64,000 nucleotides of DNA. Source: Antedon mediterranea (lineage: Eukaryota; Animalia; Echinodermata). Under the pieces are notes generated by a model. The model had not been told where the DNA came from. It searched no databases and saw only the letters and a list, made by a program, of their open reading frames with translations. The translations under genes were made by a program, and so were the position numbers. This document shows positions 27,101 to 38,000 of this stretch, one piece after another; within the stretch, counting starts at the first letter, position 1, and each line of letters opens with the position of its first letter. The DNA is taken from positions 20,618,912 through 20,682,911 of the forward strand of contig NC_092675.1 of the NCBI RefSeq assembly GCF_964355755.1. Reading direction: 5' to 3'.

Positions 27101-30100
27101 CTTCAATAAACAATTTTGATGGAAAAGAATCATTGCGTATAGAGACTTCCCCAAAACATTCTTTTTTGTACTTTTAATTATTTCATACTCATTTTTTAAA
27201 TCGATTTTCTTAAAATTGAATATTCAAAATTTCTTTTTTCTTTCATTTTTCTGGATGTAAATTAAAGAAATAAATATTTATGTCTTTTCTTAGATGATAC
27301 ATGTTATAACAATAGTGGTGAGAACTACTTGGGTCGAATGAATATAACCAAATCTGGGCTGGTATGTGCTCCGTGGAATACAAACTTGGTGAGTAAAGTG
27401 GTTTAAAGCTATACAAGGTTTAAACTAGAGCATATTTGTACTGTATGTTTGTTCTGTGTATAGAATTTTTACATATACATTGAGAGAGTGAACAATTCAC
27501 TATTGGCAGTCATAACACTATTTGTTTAAATAAAATAATAATAAAAACAAGTAGAACATTGACTGACCAATCTCATTTCATTTTCAACTGTAATATTTCT
27601 AGTGTTAAAATTTTTTTATTATTTTGTACAGCAAGTACCACGTTTAAGTCCAGGGAAGTACCCAGAACTGGCTGGAGGTCATAACTATTGTCGTAACCCT
27701 GGTAGGCAACTGGCAGGACCATGGTGCTATCCTGTTAACAAAAATTATCAAGAGCTATGTGATGTTCCAAAATGTTGTAAGTTCTTAAAACTATAAATAA
27801 ATGTTAGCAGGACTTCTAAAGCTTGGTTCCCACTAGAGACGCAACAAAACGATGTAATGCAATGTAAGGGATTTCACCAATCACGAGCGATGTTTTATTT
27901 GAACTGTCGTTTGCCATTGGTCAACTCGCTTGTGTTGCGCTTACGTCCTTGTGTTACATCCTAATGGGAACCAAACTTAAGTATGATGATGATCAGAGAC
28001 AAGAACTGAATTTTTGAATTGTGATGTTGAGATATACATAGAGATTGAAACATTTTGGGCCAAATTGTAGAAATTAGAACTCAACAAATTATGGAAGTTA
28101 GTATTAGATGTCGGAATCAGTCAGTTCTACCCCCACATTGTACTATTTTAAATTCATTAAGCAAGACTAGGCTATCCGCAAAGTGTCATCACAAGAGTCA
28201 AATGGCTGTTAAGGCAGGGCGCCGTTTACCGTACCTAAAGAGCCAACAACATCGGCAAGGGTTCGAGGCTGACTCGCTCCTAGTTCTGGTGGTGGAACAA
28301 GTCTTCTCGGATAAGGACTATAAATCGTATGTCCAGTATACACAGTTATAACCTGTGTCTACTTTAAAGAAACCAGATCATTCGAGAAGATTAGGGGGTT
28401 ACCCCGGTGAACTGGTTCACAAAATAGCCCCTGTATCAGGGGGATTACCACCTATCTGATAGGACAGTGATTAATTTACTATTGGTAATCCTTGGCCACA
28501 TTGCCTAAAGACATAAAATAAAATAAAAAAAACAGTGACGGACACCCTTGGGCTTGTCTAATATGTCTGGTGTTTCAGAAATTCTGGTATTGCAAATGTG
28601 TTTTTAATGGTAACAAATAATTTATGACCTTTTGGACTTCAAGAAAAGTAAGAAATAGGGAAGTTTCTCGTTTCCGGAGAGTCCGGCTTTGTGAGAGTCC
28701 GTTGTATCTGATAATTTGTACACAACTGAATTATTGACTGCATGTTACTTTTGAATGAAAAACAAAAATATCTTTTTGGCTTTGTTATTATTAGGGCTTT
28801 TTTGTTGCATAAATATAAAGAAATATATATGTTATATAATTAATAATTTAATATTTAATATATAATTCAAAATTTTAAACATTTAAAATGTTTGTCTTCA
28901 GTTGTTTTACCATATACAGGTTCAACTAGTGAGAGTCACATACTTTACATATTGATACCAGCTATTGCATTGATACTGCTAATAGTCATCTGCATGTGTA
29001 TATGTTTCTGTATGAGACAGTCAAGATTGTTACAGACAGACCACAATGCAGTTGAAGCTGTTGCCATGCAACAAAAACCTTCTGTAAGTAATTACTAAAA
29101 GAGAAACAAACATTTTAAAAGGTATTATGATTATAGTTGATATCTCCAAATTTAGTTTGATCTCTATTGTAAAATTGTCAAGATTTCCTGCAAACATATC
29201 CATAGCAATATATGTTTTAACACTACAGCCAACCTCTATTCGTGGGACACCTCTATTAGGAAGAAACTTTCCTAAAAAAACCAACAATAGGCAATATATG
29301 TGTTAACACTACAGCCAACCCCTATTCAGGTGACACCCAGTTAAGTAGATGGTTTGTTGGTGAAGGTGGCTTCTCAATAGAGGTTATACTGTATTTAAAC
29401 CTATGTTATTATATTGCTTTCAGGTACATGAATTTCCTCGAGCTGCTGTCAAATTTCATGAAGTGCTTGGTCAAGGTACGTTTGGAAATGTATTTCGCGG
29501 TGACCTGATTGGATACGAGCACCAGTACAGCGTAACGCCTGTTGCTTTGAAAACACTGAAACCAAACACGACCCCAAAAATGCAAGAGGATTTTTACCAT
29601 GAAGCTGAAGTCATGGCATCTCTTAAGCATCCAAATATAATATCACTTTTGGGAGTGGTGATGCGAGGTCAGCCAATGTCAATGGTGTTTGAATATGTCA
29701 ACCAAGGTGATCTTAGAGAATTCCTTAGTCGACATTCGCCTAATTCTGATGTTGGATTCGGAAGTGCAGATGATGATACGTTGTCTTCCTTAGATCAAGC
29801 CGACTTTCTTAAAATGGCTATCCAGATATCTGCTGGCATGGACTATTTATCAAATTTAAGATTTGTACATAGGGACTTAGCTACACGCAATTGCCTTGTT
29901 GGGGACAATTTAACAATTAAAATTGCAGATTTTGGTCTGTCAAGAGATATATATTCTACAGATTATTATCACATGCAGGGTCAGGTTTTATTACCAATTA
30001 GATGGATGTCTCCAGAAGCTATTCTCTATGGTAGATTCTCTACAGAGAGTGATGTGTGGGCATTTGGAGTTGTTTTATGGGAAGTTTACAATTATGGCTT

Positions 30101-30548
30101 ACAGCCGTTCTTTGGTTACACAAATCAAGAGGTAATTGAAATGGTACGGACACGTCATATTTTGCCTTGTCCGAGCGGTTGCCCTCCACACGTATACGCC
30201 CTCATGACCGAGTGCTGGCAAGAGGTGCCTATACGTCGGCCATCTTTTAAAGCCATTTATACAAAGTTGCGATCTTGGGACGGCATGCCAACTGCAAATC
30301 ATAACGGTACGCATCTGTATACAACGGAGAACGACATAAGTACAGCGCCGTTACTTGGGCCCGCATCGCCTATACAATCGCACCACAGTTCAAGCTCAAA
30401 GAGTCACTGTTCGGCTTACAAGCCACAACCAATGAAAGTAACCCTGAACAATGAAAAAGCAATGTCAGAGAGTTCTGTTGCATCGTCATCGAAAACTCGT
30501 TCAACTGGAACAGCCAAAGTAGACCCAACAGAACAAACCGATGTTTGA
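18065..30548 (+). CDS. ROR: ROR-family receptor tyrosine kinase with duplicated Ig+Frizzled-CRD module (Ig-CRD-Ig-CRD-Kringle-TM-TK); 5' exon(s) not identified
   Basis: Exons 18065-18122, 20401-20705, 21128-21155, 22470-22882, 24322-24355, 25148-25437, 25751-25772, 26508-26914, 27294-27388, 27632-27776, 28902-29083, 29424-30548. All are GT-AG and phase-consistent. Two I-set Ig domains, two 10-Cys CRDs, kringle (NYCRNPG), TM helix, kinase ([32 protein letters not shown]) and an S/T/P-rich tail. Confidence 0.9.
19351..20134 (+). mobile_element. Non-autonomous PIF/Harbinger element with Myb/SANT (trihelix) ORF remnant
   Basis: TAA target-site duplication (19348-50, 20135-37) and imperfect TIRs GAGCCTGTTTCTAT / ATAGAAACATGCCC. 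An internal remnant at 19840-19910 reads [20 protein letters not shown], resembling the end of Harbinger Myb/SANT-like domains. Confidence 0.7.
20200..20378 (-). mobile_element. Degenerate SINE copy (same family as 17597 and 40380)
   Basis: Reverse match: GGTTCTTAAAGTGCACATGAGC, CCACCAGAACCATG, TCTTAACCACCCGGCAACTCACT. Confidence 0.55.
20401..20705 (+). CDS. ROR: ROR exon: Ig-like domain 1
   Basis: [15 protein letters not shown]...[22 protein letters not shown], an I-set Ig pattern; ttcag acceptor and gtaagt donor. Confidence 0.9.
21128..21155 (+). CDS. ROR: ROR 28-nt linker micro-exon (IVTEEEVA)
   Basis: aag acceptor, AG|gtaaga donor; its phase 1->2 is required to join Ig1 to CRD1. Confidence 0.75.
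21180..21325. repeat. Three-copy ~45-50 bp tandem repeat
   Basis: AAAACTAAATCTTTA(C)AATTATTTGGCAAATGAATTACT...GTAC repeated three times. Confidence 0.7.
22470..22882 (+). CDS. ROR: ROR exon: Frizzled-like cysteine-rich domain 1
   Basis: Ten cysteines in CRD spacing (CESYQGDVC...C...MCLDAFPLC...LCFNDC...DIC...LPVC...NLC). Confidence 0.88.
23951..24103. mobile_element. MITE family B copy
   Basis: AACTCTGTCTACACTATCAAAC ... GTTTGATAGTGTACACAGAGCT inverted termini with TAA/TTA flanks. Confidence 0.65.
24322..24355 (+). CDS. ROR: ROR 34-nt linker micro-exon ([10 protein letters not shown])
   Basis: tcacag acceptor, gtaagt donor; phase 1->2 joins CRD1 to Ig2. Confidence 0.75.
24696..25118. repeat. 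Long inverted repeat containing a tRNA-like (A/B box) segment
   Basis: Arm ~24715-24832 (TGAGTAATTAGATGTTTTGCCC...GGGACTCGAACCCAC) is reverse-complementary to ~25001-25118. The minus strand carries TGGTCTAGAGG and GGTTCGAGTCC. Confidence 0.75.
25148..25437 (+). CDS. ROR: ROR exon: Ig-like domain 2
   Basis: [22 protein letters not shown]...[24 protein letters not shown], a typical ROR Ig domain. Confidence 0.9.
25751..25772 (+). CDS. ROR: ROR 22-nt linker micro-exon (PHRPEE)
   Basis: tttacag acceptor, gtaagt donor; phase 1->2. Confidence 0.75.
25839..25889. mobile_element. Tiny foldback (MULE-like) element
   Basis: GGGTGTCTAGAAAACTCAGAT...ATCTGAGTTTTCTAGACACCC palindrome flanked by CTTCATTT(a/g), an 8-9 bp duplication. 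Confidence 0.55.
26508..26914 (+). CDS. ROR: ROR exon: Frizzled-like cysteine-rich domain 2
   Basis: CQVYNGAMC...[11 protein letters not shown]...[24 protein letters not shown]...ANCIRIGIP, a canonical ROR CRD with ten Cys. Confidence 0.92.
27294..27388 (+). CDS. ROR: ROR exon: kringle N-half
   Basis: [25 protein letters not shown]. Confidence 0.88.
27632..27776 (+). CDS. ROR: ROR exon: kringle C-half
   Basis: [24 protein letters not shown]...ELCDVPKC. Confidence 0.9.
27820..27977. mobile_element. Small MITE (family C, Harbinger-like)
   Basis: AGCTTGGTTCCCACTAG ... CTAATGGGAACCAAACT inverted termini; related ends at ~32080-32428 and ~56800-56826. Confidence 0.5.
28190..28530 (+). mobile_element. 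Degenerate SINE copy
   Basis: GGTTCGAGGC B-box, TTCTGGTGGTGGAACAAGTCTTCTCGGATAAGGACTATAAA core, GGGGTTACCCCGG and an A-rich tail. Confidence 0.6.
28902..29083 (+). CDS. ROR: ROR exon: transmembrane/juxtamembrane
   Basis: [26 protein letters not shown] hydrophobic helix (ROR-like ILYILIP). An alternative in-frame acceptor exists at 28920. Confidence 0.85.
29424..30548 (+). CDS. ROR: ROR terminal exon: tyrosine kinase domain and S/T/P-rich tail
   Basis: Complete TK motifs, plus the ROR-typical RHSPNSDVG insert and [17 protein letters not shown]. Confidence 0.95.
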   Translation, partial: VHEFPRAAVKFHEVLGQGTFGNVFRGDLIGYEHQYSVTPVALKTLKPNTTPKMQEDFYHEAEVMASLKHPNIISLLGVVMRGQPMSMVFEYVNQGDLREFLSRHSPNSDVGFGSADDDTLSSLDQADFLKMAIQISAGMDYLSNLRFVHRDLATRNCLVGDNLTIKIADFGLSRDIYSTDYYHMQGQVLLPIRWMSPEAILYGRFSTESDVWAFGVVLWEVYNYGLQPFFGYTNQEVIEMVRTRHILPCPSGCPPHVYALMTECWQEVPIRRPSFKAIYTKLRSWDGMPTANHNGTHLYTTENDISTAPLLGPASPIQSHHSSSSKSHCSAYKPQPMKVTLNNEKAMSESSVASSSKTRSTGTAKVDPTEQTDV

Positions 30549-33054
30549 CCAAAACTAAATAGTAGCTATTTTATTGTTATGTAATAAGATATGTAACATT
30601 GTAAGAATAGTATTGTAAAATATGTAAAAACAGAGAACACATTTAGGGTTTGAATATTGCGAGAATATTGAATATCATACTGTAGATGGTTAAATAAGAG
30701 AACTATTGTAGACTTAGATGCTACACTAAAGATTTGGAGTAGTGATTGAAGCTATCATAACATAGAATGGTTTGTGAGCATGTGCATGTGCTTTGTAGCC
30801 TTGGTAATCTCATTGTGCAATTCAAAAACCTCTATTATCTTTGTTAAGAATTATAGCAAAAATACTGTATAATGTCATGTAATCCATTTTTAAGTTTATA
30901 CCCAAACCCCATTAGATCAGAAATTAACTGACCTACAAACAGGGTAGCCCAGTTGAGAATCTAGCAATTTATAATATAGAAGTTTACTGAAATATAAAGT
31001 TTTTTTGTAATTATTTGTAAAACTATACAATAAATGCCATTGGTTTTATTTTATCTGTAATATACTACACTACATTTTCAACCTAATGTGATAGCTATAG
31101 CGACCACAAAGATATTACTGCAGACATGGGTATAAACAGAGTGAATTGGCAATGCAGAGACCACATACCAATGTCCATGTATAGTTTTACTTAAGTATTA
31201 TTCTATCGTAAAACCGGGAAGATTTCTTCTCTACAGTATTGTCTGCCAAAGAACACCTTGATATACTTAGTAATCCATCAAGATGGAAAGAATGACATAA
31301 GAGATAATTGATTAACCACACCACCAATGGCATTCCCAAACACATACATATACATCCCACCACATGATAGATTACTAGTGTTTTTGCCATGCAAATCTTT
31401 AAATATTTAAACAGTATTGTATAATAATGTTAGATAAGGGGTAAAGGGATCACAATATTTTAACATAGTTTTTCATTATATTAAAGTGGGTTTTTTTTAA
31501 GGAATGAATTTTAATATATAAAGTACATTGCCTTATTTTAAGTTGTATTATTAACATAAGAGGTGCAATGAATATGTTATTGTATATATGTACTGTACTG
31601 TTAAAACAACATAAGTATTGTTTTTGTTTTTTATCCTTAATTGAAATGCAAATACAGTATTTCTAATTTGATTTGTCTAATACTGTATTACAATCCCACC
31701 AATATCTTGATATAATAAATATTTTTTAAATACAAAACAGTATTTTTTAAAGATTTCTTACAATTATTTGTCTCCATTTTAAACAGAATCTCAAAGATTC
31801 ATTCCCACCTATTATGTATAACATCAATATTTATATACATTACCCTATTATTGGAATTTGTTCGGTGCCTATCAATTTGAAATATGCATTATTATTAGTT
31901 TGGAACAAATGGATAAGTTATTTTAAGAACAAAGTCCACATATAAATAAATGTTATTTTGAATTGAACTGAAATTGAATAAATGGTAAAAGTGTAAAAAT
32001 TGTACTGTAAGGTTTAATAACAAGACAAGTAACAGTATAAGATTGATTATTGATTGATTATTGATTGAGTATTGATTGATTCCCACTAGGACGCAATCCA
32101 ATTGTGTACACGCAGCACAAATTGACCAATCACAAGCTTTGAAGGGGTTTAAATGGACATTATAACTGAAATTAGCAAAACATTAGCAAGATAATATATT
32201 TTAAACCCATTAGGAAAAAAAACTTAGACATTCCATTTAAAATATTAATTTCAAGTATTGGCTTCTAAAACCATAGAATAGGAAAATTTACAATATTTAT
32301 TTATTTCCAAATCATCATTGTTGTGAAATATAATGGAGTATGGTACACAATTATATTTAACAGATTTGGGTTAAGTTTGAGGACGATAATAATACCTTAA
32401 TTACCTTTGCGTCCTAGTGGGAACCAAGTATTTATTTTTATTAAATTAAATACTTATAATGTGTCTTTGTTTTTGTTGATTAATAAACTAACTTTTATTA
32501 GTGGCAAAAAATGTTCCAAAATTTACATTAATTTGTATGATGAATTAGTAGGTCTATTTTTAGATAATGAAAGATTACAATTCTTGATAGTTAAAGAAGA
32601 CTATTGCTTAAAATTGAAAGTAATCGGTATTTCTATTCAACTATTTTTGCGATAAAAATTCCACGTAGTTCAATTTGTATATTATAATTGTCCATACGAA
32701 ATATATACAGTTAGGCTGCTTTAACCAGATGTGATTTCATGATATTATATTCATATTCATATTCATTTATTATCCAGAAAAATAAAACAATAATACAAAA
32801 AGCATAAATTACATAGAACAACAAGAAGCAGAGAAAAAAACATTGATTTATCAAAGACAAAATTAATTGAATTCTTTGTATGCATTTTTTAAGAGTTGTT
32901 AAAATTTCAAGATATATATTCATGGCCATATGAAATTGCATCAATTTAAAGTTAATGTTATAATAAATGTAAAATTAAGATTAAGTTATACGATGTGAGT
33001 TTAGATAATCTTTACCTTTTGGTGTGTTTGGTAATACTATGGGTAACCCAAAAA

Positions 33055-33420
33055 GAGATACGTCTATTAAAGAGACATTAAAGGTCTCTAATTAAAGGCT
33101 AAATGGACTATACCTATAGAGATGGAGACCTATACAAAACAGATACTATTAAAGGGATACATTAGTAGAAGATTAAAGGGACATCTTACAAGGATCCTAT
33201 CAAATTAATAATGGGACATGCTATGGAACATCATAATAAGAAAACATCCTATTAAAGGGGCCTCCTATTAAAGTGATACAATGGACTATCTTATTATATT
33301 AAAGGGACACTCTCTTAAAGCAGCATACTAAGCAAGGGAAATTATGGATATCTTATTAAAGGGACACCGTTTTAAAGATTAATTAAACATTAAATGAGTA
33401 GGTTATTAAAGATAACCCTA
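33055..33420. repeat. Degenerate tandem array of ATTAAAGGGACA (MITE-A-derived)
   Basis: Repeated CTATTAAAGGGACA-like motifs at ~33065, 33146, 33173, 33250, 33297 and 33354. Confidence 0.5.
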
Positions 33421-34185
33421 AATGCCCCTCTTAACGCATTCCTTTGTAATGTTAACTGCATCAATCAAAACAAATTATGTACTTGTTTTATTCTTATTGA
33501 GGATATTCTTTATAAATTATAACAAGTATCAAAATAAGCAGCCAAGCTATGTTAAACAAGCTTTTGCATTTATGCAGCATAGTAACCCAAATTCTCTCAC
33601 TCTTGGTGATGTAAAATGTGTTATGCAGCTCCAGCCTAATTAGACACATAATGCCACTTGACAACTAAATGGGATAATGTCTTTTTTGTTGTAAAAACAC
33701 AGTTTAAATAAAGTGTACTGTTAACAATTACTTTGCCCATAGGCAATACATGTTAAAAAATAAGCATTAATCTACATTTTATCTTTGATCAATTGTCCGG
33801 TTTAATGCAAAATATTGTTGTTTATAATTTAGGTAATAAAACTGTAGATATGTATATATGCATTTCATGTTTTTCTTTTTGTATCTAATTAATTTGGCTT
33901 TTGATGCGCCTATATGTGTATATATGCTTAAATATTACTTTGAAATATCTGTATGTACATACATTAAATACTATTAATAAAACAAACTGGGTATGTTATT
34001 TATATGTACCCAAATATCCCTAAATAAAATGCTTAGCTTTTTATGTACTTCAAAAAATGAAATAAATTTCTAACACTTTATTTAAAATTGTGTTTTTTGT
34101 TTGTTTGTAATTTGTTTTAATATATTGGTGGAACCTACTTGTCTCTGGAGGAACACAACTTGTTTACAGACATGTGTATGAATAT

Positions 34186-34349
34186 CAGGGTCGTACGCAG
34201 GATTTTATTTGGGTGGGTGCGGATTAATATATTTTGTACCATTTTCATAATATTGAGTACTTATTTATTTTAAGACCCTATAAAATGTGGACCTTTTGCA
34301 ATTTGTGGGTGAGGGTCACACCCACCCCCCTCCCCTGCGTACGGCCCTG
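34186..34349. mobile_element. Small MITE with CAGGG(T/C)CGTACGCAGG TIRs
   Basis: CAGGGTCGTACGCAGG ... CCTGCGTACGGCCCTG, flanked by AATAT on both sides. Confidence 0.6.
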
Positions 34350-35028
34350 AATATACAGTACTTGCCTACAGTATTTTATTCATAAATACTGTCTTAGTGA
34401 CAGGCTGATGATGTGATGAGCAAACCATGTATTAATGATATGGCTATATGCTTGTAAAGAGAGATGGCAGTGGTGGAGGTTCAAAGGGTTTTCAAAATAT
34501 CACTGAGTCAAGGGCTGACCACCGGACAAAACTTTCTTGTTTTGTGCTTACATCAAATCCTGTAGGGACCCCTTTGAAAGAAGCCTTTTGGCCTTCCAAG
34601 TTTTTTTTCTCAAGTCTTTGTTTGTAGTATTCTATGTATCTATATTTTCATTCAGATTTTATGCTGTTATATAAATTTTACTGTTCTTGGAAAGCAATAA
34701 GTATCTTACTTACTACTTACTGGGTCTATCTGTTCCTGGATGTTATATCAAAGGTGAGGCACAATTTGAGAAAGAAAAGAAATCAGTCAAATTTTTAAAA
34801 ACAATGAATGATCATATAATGGTTCATAATCTCTGATTATAAATTGTGACTATCTTTTCGGATAATTCTATTGGATAAGAATTCGTCCCTCTATGAACAA
34901 ATATAGTAATGCCATTTTTGCGTGCCATAGTAAGTTTTTGTTAAAAGAATCTTTTTGTTGTTAATGTTGCGGTCAAAAAAGAAGCGGCTTCGGGTAAAAA
35001 TCACAGATTTCAGTGATAAAAAATAGTT

Positions 35029-38000
35029 ATGTCCAAAAAGACTATTTCTTACTTTTACGATGCTGACGTGGGGAACTTTCACTATGGTTCGTATGAAAAG
35101 AAATGTTATTGTATAAATGATTAAACCGCCTATGTCTGTGTTGTCTAGGCCCACAAAGGTCAGTCTGGGCATCCGGGCGAAAGTTAATTGGGATAGCATT
35201 CACGGGTAGTAGGATAGGCACTAGCTAGGCCTAGGCCATAGTATATTGTGATTGGTATGATTAGGCTTTGTTTTTATATGTTCTTCAATTTCTAATCCAT
35301 TCAAAGACCAAGCAAGGTCTCTCTCTCTCCCTGTCTGTCAATTAAATTAGCATGAAACCAAGTAATTAGAATTAATCATCAATTGTCAGTCATTTATTAT
35401 GATGATATTGATAGGCCTATATACACTCTGTTACCACTTTTGGGCCGAAACGTCTCACTTTAGACCGAATTTGTTTTGTTGGCATTTGTCACGTTTTTTA
35501 AAGGTGTTTAACAATCCGTATTTTATTTGATATTGACAATGTTGATATTGGCCTAATACTAATATATAAAATAAATTACTAAAAAACGTGATTTTATATT
35601 CAATTTATTACTTCGAAAACTTGTAACTTGTTTGCTTTATTGCATCTTTATCCCTACTAGTACTACCCCATAGTCTCACTAAAAATAAAGTTTGGGGGAA
35701 AATGCTTATTTTATGCTTATAAAATGCATATCAAAGCCGATAAATTTAAGTGTGCCGAATCGTCTGCAAGGCCGAATTGTACCGCTACCATCTGTTGAAT
35801 AGTAGTAGAAAAATATGAACAAAGAAAACAAATTGACACGATATAGTATTTTCTCTTATTTTCCAGGTCCTGGACATCCGATGAAACCACATCGTCTTGC
35901 CTTGACACACAACTTGGTACTCCATTATGGGTTATACAAAAAGTTACAGGTACAAATTTAATGTATACTGTTATACTGTACAATTAATATGATACAGGCA
36001 CAGTGCACTGCCTTCCATCAGTACATGGGAAGATGGTTCCTCAATTTTTTTTAATGATAAACCTTTGTAGGGCATTGCATGCACTAAATAAATATATGTA
36101 TCAACAAAAATATATTTTTTATTATAATTAATCATAATTATCTTATCTTTTCTCTCTTTTAGGTGTATCGACCATACAAAGCTACTGTTCATGATATGTG
36201 TCGGTTTCATTCCGAAGATTACATAGACTTTCTGCAGAAAGTAACTCCCCAAAATATACAAAATTATACCAAAAGTCTTAGTCATTATAATGTAGGAGAC
36301 GATTGTCCCGTCTTTCCCGGACTCTTTGATTTTTGTTCGATGTACACCGGTGCTTCCCTAGAAGGTGCTTGTAAGCTCAATAACAATGTAAGTTTTGTTT
36401 ATCTTTGAATTTTTGTTTAAAGGAAGATTAATAAAATTAGTTTTAAATATTCACTTCTGAAAACAAAAGAAACATTTAATTTTAACCAAAAACCGTTGTC
36501 TGACAAATAATTTAAGTATTTTTCGTATTTTTAAATTACATTTTATTCAGGTAACTGATTTTTTATTTCAATCCAGTTTTTGGTCAAAGTAAATAACTTA
36601 TATGCGACATTAAAATGGCATATTAAAGAAAATTTAAAAAAATTTTAGCGGACAATATATCTATAACCTCCCTTAAGATGATAAAGGAATGATTTTGCCT
36701 GTTTTAATTTATATTGTAATTGTAACAATTATATACTATGTATCTTTGTTGAAATAAATGTGAAGATGAATGAATAACAGTCTTAATTCAAGTGTAATAT
36801 ATTTTATTTTGCAGCTGTGCGACATAGCTATCAATTGGTCTGGAGGGCTACACCATGCCAAAAAGTTTGAAGCATCAGGGTTTTGCTATGTTAATGACAT
36901 AGTTATTGCAATATTAGAATTATTGAAGTGAGTTTTATCAGTTTAATTATTAACTGTTCTACTGTGCCATAATTAATCCTATGTAAATTGTTTCTTTGTA
37001 CATTGTTACTAGTGTCACTGTTGAAATTGCTATAAAATGGGCTTGTCAGACCATTGCTATAGTAAAGACAAGTTGTGTTCCTCTATTAACCTTAGCAATT
37101 TATCTTAATGTATCCAAAATGTGGTATGTTGGACAACAAGAATGTTCATATCTTAGAATGTAATTTAGTAGAAAGCATGTCATGGAAAAATTCCCTGACT
37201 TTACACACACAGCCACTGTTAGACACAGCCACTGTTAGAGACAGCCACTGTCACACACATCCACTGTCACACACATCCACTGTCACACACACAGCCACTG
37301 TCACACACAGCTATTGTCGCACACAGCCACTGTCGCACACAGCCACTGTCGCACACAGCCACTGTCGCACACAGCCACTGTCACACACAGCCACTTACCT
37401 AGGAAGGTAGGTTTATAGTTACAAAATCTGCAACTTGTTTAATTCGGCAACTTAATAGAATAAGAAGGGTCGTAAATCTAATACAGTATTCCAAATAAAT
37501 AACTTGCTAGCAAACAATTTATCACTTGAAATCAGTATAATTATTTTCTTTACCTAGATACCATCCCAGAGTACTATATATAGATATTGATATTCACCAT
37601 GGAGATGGCGTTCAAGAAGCGTTTTACCTCACAGATCGTGTCATGACTGTCTCCTTCCACAAGTATGGTAACCAATTCTTCCCTGGCACAGGTATGCTAT
37701 ATTTGTAAGGCTCTGTCTACACTATCAAACTAGTTTGACAAAAAAAAGTGTGATGTGCCTAAATATGGTAGTGTTATGCTTAAATATTGTGTAGTGATAT
37801 GACATCATCATGTCTATATATAGGCACATCACATTTTGTTGCCACATAAAGTTTGATAGTGTAGACAGAGCTTTTAGGCTTACTTGTAAGTAAAATGCAA
37901 ATGTCAAAAGTAAACAGATAATTCAAGGCTTGTTTAGTAACTCATTGGTCCTGGTTTCCCCAATTTCAGACATATAACCTATTATAGAATACATTAATTT

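Noticed and set aside
18065-30548. MuSK/Nrk rather than ROR
   Set aside because: CRD2, kringle, TM (ILYILIP) and kinase features (HSPNSDVG insert, YGLQP, S/T/P tail) are ROR-type, and MuSK has consecutive Ig domains rather than alternating Ig-CRD.
37108-37410. 100-aa His/Thr-rich ORF
   Set aside because: Translation of a 16-bp minisatellite in HDAC3 intron 4.
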